Below the pieces are notes generated by a model. It was not told the DNA's origin. It ran no database searches and saw only the letters and a list, made by a program, of their open reading frames with translations. A stretch of 64,000 bases of DNA, taken from the NCBI GenBank assembly GCA_964409875.1, contig CAYPEN010000003.1:64557-128556 (forward strand). The letters are read 5' to 3'. Made by a program: the position numbers and the translations under genes. This stretch comes from an uncultured Gammaproteobacteria bacterium. Its GTDB lineage: Bacteria > Patescibacteriota > Microgenomatia > Levybacterales > GWA1-39-11. This document shows positions 19,947 through 30,789 of this stretch, piece after piece; the first letter of the stretch is position 1, and each line of letters starts with the position of its first letter.

Positions 19947-21251
19947 CTACTCTTCAATATCATCTTCAGGGTCGTACGGTTCATCGTTCACTGGTTTTAT
20001 CAAGAAGTCCTTCATATCCCTATGTCCGATAATGACCGGGTATTTAAGGTTTGACCTGTCTACAATAGAGACAACCGTATTTATCTTCTTCCCACCCAGC
20101 GTAAATGTTGTTTTGGCAGTTGGCCGGAAGCTTTCACCGCTGGCAGATTTCACAAAAACCTTCTCGGAAAGCACCTGCATCCCGAGAAGTTCGGCGAATT
20201 TTCTGTCAACCGATGTCCTGTATGCACCTGTATCAAGCTTTGCCTTGACGGTTATCGGTTCACCGTTCCGGTAAAATGTAACCTCCTGGATGATGGTAAG
20301 TATCTTGGGGGATATAGACACTTTCTCGGAAAAGCTTTCGGTAAAAAGGTTTTTGGCAATTTCTACACCTCTTTCAGGGGTGGGAGTAATAATGTTTTCA
20401 ACGCGCTCTAAGCGAGAGCGAAGAGATGAACGGTTGGCATTTTGAATAGAAAGTCCAGGACGTGCATTAACCTCTAAAACCATTGGCCCCTCTTTGCCAT
20501 CGAAAACAATGTCAATACCGGCGTAGCCAAGCCCTGTTATTTCTTGTGCACGGGAGGCAAGAAGCAGTACCTGTTCCCAGTCGGGAATTTTAATCCCACG
20601 GGTTTTTATTTTTGTAGTGGGGATATGCGAAATTGGCTGGTCATAGAGAATCGCATTGGTCGTAATGCCCGTTCTTATATCGATTCCAAATCCTATTGCG
20701 CCCTGGTGAAGATTTGCTTTTCCGTGAGATTCTTCGGTTGAGAGCCTCATCATAGCCATAACGGGAATTTTGTTGAATGTTATGACTCTAATGTCGGGAA
20801 TGCCTACTCCCGTTAATTTCTTGAAAAATGGATGCGGATGAAGACGCTCCTCAATAAAAGCGTTATCGGGCAAAAATTTAAGTGAATAAGCTCCTTCAAG
20901 GATATCAAGAATATGGGATTCAAGTTGTTTGACAGTGTACGTTTGACCACTTGCTGTTGTTGCTACATTGTTCTCCCATTTTCTGATGGGAAGAATTCCG
21001 GATCCTGCATATCCTCTGGCTGGTTTTATGACAAAACCCCTTGTTGGAAGGTCACGCCATTCATAGTTTTTGATGGAATCTCTATCATAGAAAATTGAAA
21101 ACAAATTGGGCGTTTTTATCCCATTTTGTATCAAGACACTTTTCATCAATAATTTATCGTCAGCTATTTTTTTTGCTGCCGGTGGATTGTATCGTCTGAT
21201 GTATAAAAAATTCCGGGCGTTCATTCCCAGAATGTTTCTACTTACTGGCAT
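19947..21251 (-). CDS. RimK-like (alpha-L-glutamate ligase-like) ATP-grasp fused to a C-terminal retropepsin-like peptidase
   Basis: ILGMNARN..YI..YN, ADDKL, VIKP..G..G.GI, KANLHQGA, LEVNARPGL.IQ.AN; C-terminal AKLDTGA..TS and IIGHRD. Confidence 0.9.
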   Translation of the reverse strand: MPVSRNILGMNARNFLYIRRYNPPAAKKIADDKLLMKSVLIQNGIKTPNLFSIFYDRDSIKNYEWRDLPTRGFVIKPARGYAGSGILPIRKWENNVATTASGQTYTVKQLESHILDILEGAYSLKFLPDNAFIEERLHPHPFFKKLTGVGIPDIRVITFNKIPVMAMMRLSTEESHGKANLHQGAIGFGIDIRTGITTNAILYDQPISHIPTTKIKTRGIKIPDWEQVLLLASRAQEITGLGYAGIDIVFDGKEGPMVLEVNARPGLSIQNANRSSLRSRLERVENIITPTPERGVEIAKNLFTESFSEKVSISPKILTIIQEVTFYRNGEPITVKAKLDTGAYRTSVDRKFAELLGMQVLSEKVFVKSASGESFRPTAKTTFTLGGKKINTVVSIVDRSNLKYPVIIGHRDMKDFLIKPVNDEPYDPEDDIEE

Positions 21252-22158
21252 GGCGGATTATAGAGGAAAACCTGAAATATTCCATAAGTCGTAATCCAAA
21301 GTAGCGGCCAACAATAATATTAAGAGGAATAAGTACCAGAATGAATTCAGGATAAAGAAGAATGGTGTTTCTTAGGTGGGTCGAGGAGAGAAGTAAAAAT
21401 CCCAGGATTCCAATAGCAAAAGTTACCATTGAAATTATTATCATTTCCTGTGCACTTCTTTCTTGCTGAACTGATATTATTTGTTCTGACAAAAGAATCA
21501 GAAGTAGCACCGGGAAAATGGAAAGCTGCTTTACGACGAGAATGCCTGCCATTGCGCTGACAGTCAGCGTTAAGAAAAGAAAGATGGAAACTATGAACAT
21601 TGAAAACGCCATTTTAGGCAACTGCATAATGCGGACTTTTTTGAGGAGTATGCGTGCGATAGTTGATGAGAAAATAATTGTTGCCAATAGGATAAGCCCT
21701 GCTGTTATTCCGGTTGAAAGCAGTGTGATGGAGAGTGCAACAGGTACGAGCATGCCGATGCTGGGAAGACCGATGACATGCCGTATAAAAGCAATAATTG
21801 TTGCAAGCATCGGGAGAAGCAGGATAAGGATTACTGTTCTTGATGGAACACCTGCCTTGACCGAGGCTTGGACAAGGAACGCCAAAATATTCCATCCATT
21901 GAGCTTGTCTGCAGGGCGCTGCTTGAAGAGAGCAAGCGCCTGCTCATCTTCCGGTCCTTCTGGCCGCGTGACATCCTGCTGTTGAATTTTTGCAATTTCT
22001 GCTGCTTCTTTTGCGGAGGCTGAAGCATTTGCTGAATCTGTCGCTGTTGCGACCGAAGGTGGATTTGGGAGCACATTGAATATATCTTGCGCCTGAACAT
22101 TTTTGACGAAGAAAGCAAAAAGAATAATAAAAAAGAGGCTTAAGAGAGTAAATTTCAT
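21238..22158 (-). CDS. 7TM-domain membrane protein (type normally fused to an inactive transglutaminase)
   Basis: LLLP..ATIIAF.R.VIG, FPVL, GRYFGLRL.EYFRF; adjacent to the ATP-grasp gene. Confidence 0.85.
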   Translation of the reverse strand: MKFTLLSLFFIILFAFFVKNVQAQDIFNVLPNPPSVATATDSANASASAKEAAEIAKIQQQDVTRPEGPEDEQALALFKQRPADKLNGWNILAFLVQASVKAGVPSRTVILILLLPMLATIIAFIRHVIGLPSIGMLVPVALSITLLSTGITAGLILLATIIFSSTIARILLKKVRIMQLPKMAFSMFIVSIFLFLTLTVSAMAGILVVKQLSIFPVLLLILLSEQIISVQQERSAQEMIIISMVTFAIGILGFLLLSSTHLRNTILLYPEFILVLIPLNIIVGRYFGLRLMEYFRFSSIIRHASK

Positions 22159-22195
22159 ACGTTTTATAGTATCAAATAAGCAAGTTGAGTTCAAC

Positions 22196-24031
22196 TTATG
22201 AGCGACGCGCTTGTATTTTGCGCTCGGTTGCAGAAAGGTATTTTTTCCGGAGGCGTATATTTTGCGGAGTTACCTCCAATAATTCGTCTGAATTGATAAA
22301 GTCTAATGCTTGTTCAAGCGACAATTCGGTAGGTGTATCAATTTGAACAGCAATATCAGATGTAGATGAGCGGATATTGGTCATTTTTTTGCCTTTCGTG
22401 ACATTTATTTCCATATCATGCTCTCTTGTCGAAATTCCAATTATCATGCCCTCATAGACAGGGGTATTAGGTTTAATAAATAAAGTTCCTCTTTCCTGTG
22501 CGTTTTCAAGTCCGTATGAGAGGGCAGTACCTGAGTCAAAAGAAATAAGCACTCCGGGCCGTGCATCTTCAACACTTGCTGCATCTTCTTTTGGAAAATA
22601 TCCCATAAAGAATGTGTTTAGTTCGACAGTGCCACGTGTTTTGGTAAGTAAAACGTTTCTGACCCCGAGCAGATTTTTACTCGAAACTTTATACACAAAC
22701 CGGGTTACATCTCCCGGTTCTTGCGTCATGTTTATCATGGTAGCCTTTCTTTTGGCAAATTCCTCAGATATAACCCCTATATAGTCTTTCGCAACATCAA
22801 TTGTCACTTCCTCAAATGGCTCACAGGTAACGCCGTCAATAGTCTTATAAATTACCTGTGGTTTTGAAATCTCAAGCTCAAATCCTTCACGCCTCATTGT
22901 TTCGATAAGAACGGCAAGGTGGAGTTCTCCCCGTCCTGAAACTGCAAAATTTGACGATGTGCTATCTTGTTCAATTTTGAGCCCAAGGTTTGTTTCTTTT
23001 TCTTTGAGTAGTCTCTCTTTGATTTGAGATGAGGAGAATAGTTTGCCTTCCTTTCCCAAGAATGGACTGGTGTTAGGCCCAATAGTAATTCTAATGGTAG
23101 GGTCTTCAACATGAATTTTTGGAAGGCTTTCAGGAGTTGCTGGGTCGGTAACGGTTTGACCTATGGTAAGCTCAGGGATTCCGGCAATGGCAACTATGTC
23201 TCCTGAAGAGACCTCATCTACCTCAACGCGGTCCAGCCCAACACTGGTGAACAATTTTTGTACTCTGCTTGTTGTAAGTACTTTCCCTTCATCAACCAAA
23301 GAGACCATATCTCCTTTTTTAAGCTTTCCACGGGTAACAGCTCCGATGCAAATTTTGCCCACATGGAGGTCTGTGTCTAAGGTAGAAATCAGCATTTGAA
23401 AAGGCTTGTCTTCATCTTTTACACTGTTAGGGATTTCATTTACTATTGCTTCAAAAAGAGGAGTTAAGTCACCCGGAGTATCTTCAGTGTAATTTTGAGG
23501 TAGTGTATCGAATGCTTTTCCGTCTCGTCCGACCGAATACAGCGTTTTGAAATTCAAATGGTCATCGTGAGTTGCCAGTTCCAAAAATAACCCTTCTGTC
23601 TCTTCAATAATTTCCAGGGGTCGTGCGTCTTTTTTGTCAATTTTATTTATAAGAAGAATGATTTTTAAGTGCTGCTCCAATGCCTTTTTTAGTACAAATT
23701 TGGTTTGTGGAAGAGGACCTTCGACTGCATCAACAAGAAGAATAGCTCCGTCGGCCATATTGAGGATTCTCTCTACTTCTCCTCCGAAATCTGCGTGACC
23801 GGGAGTATCGATGATATTAATTTTTACATCTTTGTATTTGACAGAGTTATTTTTAGACAAAATGGTGATGCCTTTTTCACGCTCAAGATCATTTGAGTCC
23901 ATGATGAGAGTCTCACTCATTTCCTTCTGATTGTCCCGGAAGGTGTGGGTTTGCTTGAGCAATGAATCCACGAGAGTAGTCTTCCCGTGGTCAACGTGGG
24001 CAATAATAGCAATATTCCTTATATTATTCAT
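22196..24031 (-). CDS. typA: translational GTPase TypA/BipA
   Basis: IAHVDHGKTT, DTPGHADFGGEVER, GRGELHL, DELLEVTP..IRLRK. Confidence 0.98.
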   Translation of the reverse strand: MNNIRNIAIIAHVDHGKTTLVDSLLKQTHTFRDNQKEMSETLIMDSNDLEREKGITILSKNNSVKYKDVKINIIDTPGHADFGGEVERILNMADGAILLVDAVEGPLPQTKFVLKKALEQHLKIILLINKIDKKDARPLEIIEETEGLFLELATHDDHLNFKTLYSVGRDGKAFDTLPQNYTEDTPGDLTPLFEAIVNEIPNSVKDEDKPFQMLISTLDTDLHVGKICIGAVTRGKLKKGDMVSLVDEGKVLTTSRVQKLFTSVGLDRVEVDEVSSGDIVAIAGIPELTIGQTVTDPATPESLPKIHVEDPTIRITIGPNTSPFLGKEGKLFSSSQIKERLLKEKETNLGLKIEQDSTSSNFAVSGRGELHLAVLIETMRREGFELEISKPQVIYKTIDGVTCEPFEEVTIDVAKDYIGVISEEFAKRKATMINMTQEPGDVTRFVYKVSSKNLLGVRNVLLTKTRGTVELNTFFMGYFPKEDAASVEDARPGVLISFDSGTALSYGLENAQERGTLFIKPNTPVYEGMIIGISTREHDMEINVTKGKKMTNIRSSTSDIAVQIDTPTELSLEQALDFINSDELLEVTPQNIRLRKKYLSATERKIQARRS

Positions 24032-24129
24032 ATTAAAATTTTGCCGTTATATGAATGTAGCCTTAAAATTTTCAAATGAAACATTCATATAATAGCGATG
24101 TTACGTATTTGATTGTTCATATTAGCGTT

Positions 24130-24155
24130 AAAAAAGACACGCGGGCAAACGTGTC
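24130..24155 (-). terminator. intrinsic terminator-like hairpin within the typA leader
   Basis: On the minus strand GACACG-TTTGCCCG-CGTGTC-TTTTTT. Confidence 0.65.
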
Positions 24156-24339
24156 ATCCTATGAAGCTGCACTTTAGTGCATCTTCTAGCTCAGCTTTTC
24201 TGCATGTGCTCATCATGTCCAACATTAGTTTGCAAAAGCAATTCGAAGGACAAAAATAAACCACGATATAACTCGTGGTTAATATCACATGCTATAGGTT
24301 CTATTATATCAGAAATAGGGTATAATAGCTACTAATTAT

Positions 24340-24798
24340 ATGAAACAAATTAAACGTATCCCGGTCACAAAGGAGGGGTTCGAAAAACTCCAAAATGAGC
24401 TCAAAAGACTGCAAGCCGAGCGTCCAACAGCTGTCAAAACGCTTGCCGAGGCTAGAGCTATGGGAGACCTTTCAGAAAATGGGCTTTACACAGCAGCCAA
24501 AGCACGGCTTCGCTCGATTGATAACGAAATGTTTCGCCTTGAAATTCAGATAAAGCTTGCTGATATTCGCGAATCGGACAACAGAACAGTCGGCATCGGT
24601 TCAAAAGTTGAGGTTTCTCAAGAAGGGGCAAAAACAACCTATTACATAGTGGGTGATTATGAGGCAAATCCTTTAGAGAGAAAAATTTCCCAGCATTCGC
24701 CTCTCGGACGGGTTTTGATAGGGAAAAAAGCAGGAGATACCGTTCAATTTGAAGCTCCAAAGGGCATAATTTCCTACAAAATAGAAAAAGTTTCTTAG
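24340..24798 (+). CDS. greA: transcription elongation factor GreA
   Basis: EARAMGDLSEN..Y, IS..SPLG..L.GK..GD.V. Confidence 0.95.
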   Translation: MKQIKRIPVTKEGFEKLQNELKRLQAERPTAVKTLAEARAMGDLSENGLYTAAKARLRSIDNEMFRLEIQIKLADIRESDNRTVGIGSKVEVSQEGAKTTYYIVGDYEANPLERKISQHSPLGRVLIGKKAGDTVQFEAPKGIISYKIEKVS

Positions 24799-24813
24799 TG
24801 TTATACTCTTTGT

Positions 24814-25365
24814 GTGTCACGAAGAAAAGTTAACCTAATAGCCTCAATTTTATTATTCCTCGCCTTTTTTGGTTATTCATCCTACAAACAATATTATCCT
24901 TCAAAAAAAGTTCTTTCACTTCAGGAACAAAAGCAAACAACGACGCAAACACAGGTAGTAAAAATAATTGACGGAGATACTATTGAAGTGCTGATTGATG
25001 GGAAAAAGGAAAAAGTACGCGTTCTCGGAATAAATACCCCCGAAACCGTCGACCCTAGGCGTCCTGTTGAATGTTTTGGCAAAGAAGCTTCAGATAAGGC
25101 AAAAAGCCTGTTGTCTAACCAATCGGTTCGTTTGGAGTCTGACCCGACACAGAATGACCGCGATAAATACGGCAGGCTCTTGCGGTATGTTTTTCTCTCT
25201 GACGGTACCGATTATGGACTCACCATGATAAAAGATGGATATGCGTATGAATATACATACGAAATTCCGTATAAATTCCAAAAAGAATATAAAAAAGCCC
25301 AAAGTGAGGCAGAAAATAGACAGGAGGGATTATGGTCTAGTGCTACGTGTAAAGGGAATGAATAG
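24814..25365 (+). CDS. thermonuclease (SNase-like), membrane anchored
   Basis: IIDGDTI, VRVLGINTPE, DKYGRLLRYV, GLW. Confidence 0.95.
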   Translation: MSRRKVNLIASILLFLAFFGYSSYKQYYPSKKVLSLQEQKQTTTQTQVVKIIDGDTIEVLIDGKKEKVRVLGINTPETVDPRRPVECFGKEASDKAKSLLSNQSVRLESDPTQNDRDKYGRLLRYVFLSDGTDYGLTMIKDGYAYEYTYEIPYKFQKEYKKAQSEAENRQEGLWSSATCKGNE

Positions 25366-25367
25366 TG

Positions 25368-25592
25368 CTATTCTGAAAGTAACACAGCTTCGTATCCGGT
25401 TTTTTTGACAGTTTCAAGAAGAGTATTTGTGTCGACTTTTCCATCTTCAAATTCAACCTCAGTTATCTGTTTTGCGTAGCTTGTTTGGGCTTTTTTTACT
25501 CCCTCTACATCTTCAAGATCAAAATCTATGTTCATCGCACATGATGAACAGTGCATGCCCGTAATTTTCAATTTCTTTGTCACATTGCTCAT
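25368..25592 (-). CDS. copZ: copper chaperone, HMA domain
   Basis: GMHCSSC, ...TGYEA. Confidence 0.9.
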   Translation of the reverse strand: MSNVTKKLKITGMHCSSCAMNIDFDLEDVEGVKKAQTSYAKQITEVEFEDGKVDTNTLLETVKKTGYEAVLLSE

Positions 25593-26749
25593 ATTACTTC
25601 AATCACCCCCCGGTACATCCCCATTGCGCAGGTGAATGGGATTCTCCCTGCCTCTGTTGGTGTAAAAGTTATGGTTTGAGTTTCGTTTGCGGCAAGATTG
25701 CGGGCAATGCCAAGAGAGGGAATTCGGAAAGCAGATGAACAGCTGTAAGCATCAATACTCTTAAGGGTAAGGGTAACCGTTTCACCTTTTTTGACACGGA
25801 TATAATTTGGGGAATAGCCCGAAGCGGTGATTTCAATAGTTGGACTTTGATTAATCGGAATTGTCTGTTGTACGTTTATCTGATTTGAAGAGGGAAGTTT
25901 TATCTTTTCACCAATTGCCTGCAAAGTTATCGGTGAGCCAAAAGCGGTAAGCGACCCATTAATTGCGCTAATTCCAAGATAGATAACAATAACTGCCGCA
26001 ATTTTGAAAAATTTTGTCTTGAATGACTCACCCAAAAGTGAAGTTACTGCTCCAATTCCAAAAAAGAGAGGTGTAGTCCCTAAAATAAATGCTGCCATGA
26101 TGAGACCTCCCATAAATACATTAGAGCTACTGATAGCCAATGCTTCCATAGCAAGGGTCGTTCCACAGGGGATAAATATGGTCATTGCCCCAAGCAAAGC
26201 CGGCGCAAAGAAGTCTTTGGACTTTGATTGGTTGCGGACAAGCCGGGTTAAGAACCGTGGAGGCTGGATAATGACGTACCGAAAAATAGGATGGATATTA
26301 AGTAAATTCATGGCAACAAGCACCATATAGACACCGGCTGCAAGTTGCATGAAGGCTTGAACTTTCCCGCCGATATTTAATGCCCCGCCAAAAGCCCCCA
26401 ATACCAATCCTAGAGCGGTATAGGCAACCAGTTTTGAGGCAAGAAATGCACCGGTTGCGATGAGAGCATGTTTGCCGACTTTTGAAGTGCTTGTTTCCTC
26501 CCGTGCAGCAATTATCGAGGCTAAAAGTCCACCCTGAACTGCAAGGCACGTGAGTCCTCCAACGGTTAGTCCGGTGATAAATATGACAAAAAGATTGATA
26601 TTTCCCGCTTTTGGTACAGGTACGGAAGGGAGAGTAGTTTGCGAGGGAGAATTTTGTAGGGTCGCAAGCATGAAAAGTAGATAGCCAATGAGTACAACGG
26701 CGGCAGCAAATACCCACAAAAGCATTTTGAGTGTTGATTTGTTTTCCAT
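25589..26749 (-). CDS. DsbD_2 / TauE-like membrane domain fused to a cupredoxin
   Basis: TC...GG and PCG in TM region; C-terminal C..FTCAMGMY.G. Confidence 0.85.
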   Translation of the reverse strand: MENKSTLKMLLWVFAAAVVLIGYLLFMLATLQNSPSQTTLPSVPVPKAGNINLFVIFITGLTVGGLTCLAVQGGLLASIIAAREETSTSKVGKHALIATGAFLASKLVAYTALGLVLGAFGGALNIGGKVQAFMQLAAGVYMVLVAMNLLNIHPIFRYVIIQPPRFLTRLVRNQSKSKDFFAPALLGAMTIFIPCGTTLAMEALAISSSNVFMGGLIMAAFILGTTPLFFGIGAVTSLLGESFKTKFFKIAAVIVIYLGISAINGSLTAFGSPITLQAIGEKIKLPSSNQINVQQTIPINQSPTIEITASGYSPNYIRVKKGETVTLTLKSIDAYSCSSAFRIPSLGIARNLAANETQTITFTPTEAGRIPFTCAMGMYRGVIEVI

Positions 26750-26751
26750 AA

Positions 26752-28989
26752 TTATGTTCTTGAAAGCTTGAGCCTTTTTAAGAGCAGTGAATTACTCACA
26801 ACTGAAATAGAGCTTGAGGCCATCGCCGCTGAGGCGAATATCGGATTCAGCAACAGTCCAAAGAATGGATAAAGGGCTCCCATAGCAACTGGTATCAATA
26901 TAATATTATAGCCAAAAGCCCAGAAGAGGTTAAGCTTTATAGTTCTCATCGTCTTTTTTGAAAGTTTTATGGCAGATGCGACGGAACGAAGATCGCGGTT
27001 AATAAGTGTAATGCCGGCTGTTTCTATCGCAACATCAGTACCACTTCCCATCGCAATACCGATATCTGCAGCAGCAAGCGCAGGCGCGTCGTTTATCCCG
27101 TCTCCCACCATTGCAACAACTTTTCCTTCGTTTTGAATTTTTCTGACTTCCTGCTCTTTCTCTTCCGGCAGAACTTCCGACAGAACTCTTTTTATCCCCA
27201 GGCTTTGGGCGATAGCCTCAGCTGTTCTTTTGTTGTCTCCCGTCATCATCACTACCTCAATACCTTTTTTCGTAAGCTCGTTTATTCCTTCTCTAGCGCT
27301 TTCTTTAACGGTATCCATAACAGCAATAAGTCCAAGAAGAGTTGTTTCGAATGCCAAAAACATAACTGTTTTTCCCTCTCTTTCTAAATTTTCGACATTA
27401 TCCAGATAGTTTGCGACTTTGACGCCCATACTTTCCATCAGTTTTCTATTACCAAAAAACACTTGTTTCCCGCTTATGACTCCTTCTACCCCGTGTCCCG
27501 GAATTGCTTTGAATTTTTCAACCGGAAGAGAGGGGATATTGTCACTTTCTGCCTTTTTCACAATGGCCTCAGCAAGGGAGTGCTCAGACCCTTTCTCAAG
27601 AGACGAGGCAACGCGAAGAACTGTGTCGGGTGGTGCATCGTGCGTGGGGATGATGTCTGTAACCTCAGGCTTACCGTTTGTGAGGGTTCCTGTTTTGTCA
27701 AAAATGATGGCTTTTACTTTGTGTGCTATTTCAAGGCTTTGTGCGTCTTTGATGAGTATTCCGTTCTGCGCCCCAATACCTGTCCCCACCATGATAGCGG
27801 TGGGTGTTGCAAGACCCATTGCACACGGGCAAGCAATGATAAGTACAGCAACCGTATTAAGAAGGGCATAGAGAAAAGCCGGAGAAGGACCGAATACGTA
27901 CCAAACGGCAAACGTTGCAATAGAAAGCATGATTACGATAGGTACAAAATAGGAGGATATGGTATCGGCAACTCTTTGGATAGGCGCTTTTGAACCTTGA
28001 GCATTTTCAACCAGAGTTATTATTTGTGCCAACATTGTTTGTCCTCCTACTTTTTCGGCTCTATAGGTAAAAGTACCGGATTTATTAAGAGTTGCCCCTA
28101 CAACGTTGTCCCCCTGTGCTTTGTCAACAGGTATACTTTCTCCTGTTATCATAGACTCATCAACCGCCGACTCGCCTTCCAGTATAACTCCATCAACCGG
28201 TATTTTTTCTCCCGGCCTGACTCTTACCACGTCCCCGATGATAACTTCGCTTATGGGAATATCAATTTCCTTGTCATCACGCATGACCCGTGCAGTTTTT
28301 GCTTGAAGTGAGAGGAGTTTTTTGATGGCCTCCGACGTACCAGCCTTTGCTTTCGCTTCAAAAAATCTCCCCAGAAGTATTAGGGCTATTACAATTGTAG
28401 CAACATCAAAGTAGGGCATCGGCTCTATCCCGACAGCGCTTATGACTTTTGGCATCAACGTAACTAATACCGAATATGAAAATGCAGCGGTCGTACCGAT
28501 CGCAACAAGAGTATCCATATTTGCGCTTCTATGGCGAAGAGAGGGTATGGTTGCCTTATAAAAGGTAAGCCCTGGCCAGAATTGGACGATAGAGGCTAGG
28601 GCAAGTTGCAGATAAAAATTCTTAAGGAAAAAAGGTGCAAAATCAATAAGCCCAGGGAAGCTTCCCCACAGTATAAGTAGTCCTATCGTAAGACTCACGA
28701 TAACTTTTAGGCGGAGTGACTTCAGTTCCCTTGCCTTCTCTTCTTGCTCTTTTTTCTCATCAACTTTTTCCCCTTCAATCATTGCTGTGTATCCGACTTG
28801 GGCGACCGCTGACTCCATTTGTTTTGGAGTGCAGGCAGAATCGTCATAGTTGACGGTTGCTTTCTCGGTTGCGAGGTTAACAGTTGCCGATTCGACGCCG
28901 CTAACTTTTGTTAATGCCCGCTCGAGCACCCTGACGCAGGACGCGCAGTGCATGCCTTTTATTGGAAATGTTTTGGTGACTTGAGCCAT
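26752..28989 (-). CDS. copA: Cu(I)-translocating P1B-type ATPase
   Basis: [29 protein letters not shown] and M..SS. Confidence 0.98.
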   Translation of the reverse strand: MAQVTKTFPIKGMHCASCVRVLERALTKVSGVESATVNLATEKATVNYDDSACTPKQMESAVAQVGYTAMIEGEKVDEKKEQEEKARELKSLRLKVIVSLTIGLLILWGSFPGLIDFAPFFLKNFYLQLALASIVQFWPGLTFYKATIPSLRHRSANMDTLVAIGTTAAFSYSVLVTLMPKVISAVGIEPMPYFDVATIVIALILLGRFFEAKAKAGTSEAIKKLLSLQAKTARVMRDDKEIDIPISEVIIGDVVRVRPGEKIPVDGVILEGESAVDESMITGESIPVDKAQGDNVVGATLNKSGTFTYRAEKVGGQTMLAQIITLVENAQGSKAPIQRVADTISSYFVPIVIMLSIATFAVWYVFGPSPAFLYALLNTVAVLIIACPCAMGLATPTAIMVGTGIGAQNGILIKDAQSLEIAHKVKAIIFDKTGTLTNGKPEVTDIIPTHDAPPDTVLRVASSLEKGSEHSLAEAIVKKAESDNIPSLPVEKFKAIPGHGVEGVISGKQVFFGNRKLMESMGVKVANYLDNVENLEREGKTVMFLAFETTLLGLIAVMDTVKESAREGINELTKKGIEVVMMTGDNKRTAEAIAQSLGIKRVLSEVLPEEKEQEVRKIQNEGKVVAMVGDGINDAPALAAADIGIAMGSGTDVAIETAGITLINRDLRSVASAIKLSKKTMRTIKLNLFWAFGYNIILIPVAMGALYPFFGLLLNPIFASAAMASSSISVVSNSLLLKRLKLSRT

Positions 28990-28990
28990 A

Positions 28991-29350
28991 TCACTTTATG
29001 ATTATCTTCCCGTGATACATATTCATGCCGCACGAGTATTTGAATTCTCCTTTCTTTTGGGGTGTTATCTCAACGGTAACCGTTTCATTCAGAGGAAGAT
29101 ATTTCCTTATCTTCAAATCGCCGAGCACTACTTCCTCAAGGCAACCGCTCGAATCTTTTCTGATGAAATTTAGTTTCGTAGTTTTACCCTTCGGTATGAC
29201 GACCGCTTCAGGGTTATATCCTCCCTCAACAATAATATCAACAGACCCATTAGCCACAACTTCTCTTTGGTCTTTCATGAGAAAAAACCAGTGGACAAAG
29301 CCTATTCCTAAAATACTTCCTACCAAAACTAAGATTTTATCTATTGGCAT
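28991..29350 (-). CDS. membrane-anchored cupredoxin (CupA-like)
   Basis: [15 protein letters not shown]. Confidence 0.88.
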   Translation of the reverse strand: MPIDKILVLVGSILGIGFVHWFFLMKDQREVVANGSVDIIVEGGYNPEAVVIPKGKTTKLNFIRKDSSGCLEEVVLGDLKIRKYLPLNETVTVEITPQKKGEFKYSCGMNMYHGKIIIK

Positions 29351-29351
29351 A

Positions 29352-29876
29352 TTAGTCACCGCATTCAATACTTTCTTTTTCTTTTTTTTCTATATATTGT
29401 TTGCTAACCGCGTCTTTTTCATGGGTTGTGGAATTACTACCAAGAAGTATGACCATGCTTTCATAAGGAGTAATCCTGGTGTTCTGGAAATCCTTTACCT
29501 CTTTGCCATTTACATATGCCTTTGCCTTTGAGTAGTCAATGGGGTAGTGGATATTGGTAAAAAGGTCGCGCCAGTAAGCTTGTTCACGCTCGACGTGCAC
29601 GAGGTCACCAACCTGGTCATGAAGATGCGCCTTTTCGGCTTGTATATCCTCATCACTGTGATTTCCCTTCACATCATCGCAAGGTTTTACTCTCATATAC
29701 TTAAAATCTGAAAAGTCTATTTTTTTGTCGTTTTGGAAGACGACGAAGCCTGCGTGATAGTGGATTTCTTTTGGTGTAGTGAGAAATTTGTATCCAAAAA
29801 ATCCCCCAATAACTATTCCTATCAGGAGTAACGTCCCAAAAACTGCAATAATATTCCTTTTTTTTAATAACCCCAT
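29352..29876 (-). CDS. membrane-anchored His-motif hypothetical protein
   Basis: TM then HYHA, C, HLHD, VHVE motifs; inside the copper operon. Confidence 0.7.
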   Translation of the reverse strand: MGLLKKRNIIAVFGTLLLIGIVIGGFFGYKFLTTPKEIHYHAGFVVFQNDKKIDFSDFKYMRVKPCDDVKGNHSDEDIQAEKAHLHDQVGDLVHVEREQAYWRDLFTNIHYPIDYSKAKAYVNGKEVKDFQNTRITPYESMVILLGSNSTTHEKDAVSKQYIEKKEKESIECGD

Positions 29877-30505
29877 TCTTTGTACCATAGGCGCATTTGA
29901 TTTATCTCCTTTGTCTGTGAATCAATAATGTTTTGGGCAAGCTTTTTCATTTCCGGTCGTATTGTTCCGTTCTTAAGCATTGTTGCCATCATAACTGCCA
30001 TTTGGTGATGCGGAATCATCTCCTCTATAAATTCTTTATCAAAGTTTTCTGCCGATTTGAGTGACTCTGCGTCGATATCGCTTCCCATCATGCCCATGTG
30101 CATAGATCCGTTTCCTTGCATCATTCCATGCGTATCCATCACATCATTGTCTTCCGGTGGCTGCTTCCCGAACCATTCCTCATACCATCCTTTCATTTGT
30201 TCAATTTCTTTTGATTGGGCAGTGATGATATTTTGGGCGAGAGTTTTGATTTCACTGTGAGTTGCTTTTTCAAGAGCTGTTGTACTCATTGTAATTGCAT
30301 CTTTGTGATGAGGGATCATCTGTTCTATAAAATGGCTATCGAGTGCATCGGAATTCGTAATTCTATTTTCCTGTACAGTATTTTTTCCCCACATCATTTG
30401 TCCAAGGGAAGAATAACGACCGGAGGGTGGGGTTGGCAAAATAAGCCAAACAGCAAGGCCTCCAAGAATTGCGCCAATCACCCCATATGTTAGTTTTTTA
30501 TCCAT
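29864..30505 (-). CDS. DUF305 (CopM-like) Met/His-rich metal-binding protein
   Basis: Two FI..MIPHH..A..M repeats with Q..EI..M..W. Confidence 0.92.
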   Translation of the reverse strand: MDKKLTYGVIGAILGGLAVWLILPTPPSGRYSSLGQMMWGKNTVQENRITNSDALDSHFIEQMIPHHKDAITMSTTALEKATHSEIKTLAQNIITAQSKEIEQMKGWYEEWFGKQPPEDNDVMDTHGMMQGNGSMHMGMMGSDIDAESLKSAENFDKEFIEEMIPHHQMAVMMATMLKNGTIRPEMKKLAQNIIDSQTKEINQMRLWYKEWGY

Positions 30506-30507
30506 AT

Positions 30508-30783
30508 TTACTTATTGGTTCTTTTAAAAAGTGTTACGAGTTCTTCGGTTGCTTTTTCACTTTCACCGTTATGGAATTGGTGTGCAACGTGAGTTGAGAG
30601 ATGACGTTCCAAAAGAACCGTGTCAAGGCTTTTTAAGGAATTTTGTATAGCAAGGCTTTGGTTGAGGACGTCGACGCAATACACGTCATCCGTTATCATC
30701 TTTGAAAGTCCTTCCAGCTGGCCTTTGATGATGTTGAGGCGCTTCTGGGCTTTAACTTTGCCGTCTTCGTAGTGAGATTTCAT
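30508..30783 (-). CDS. csoR: CsoR-family copper-sensing repressor
   Basis: KRL.II.GQL.GL.KMI....YC.DVL.Q, LE.HL..H. Confidence 0.9.
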   Translation of the reverse strand: MKSHYEDGKVKAQKRLNIIKGQLEGLSKMITDDVYCVDVLNQSLAIQNSLKSLDTVLLERHLSTHVAHQFHNGESEKATEELVTLFKRTNK

Positions 30784-30789
30784 TGTCTT

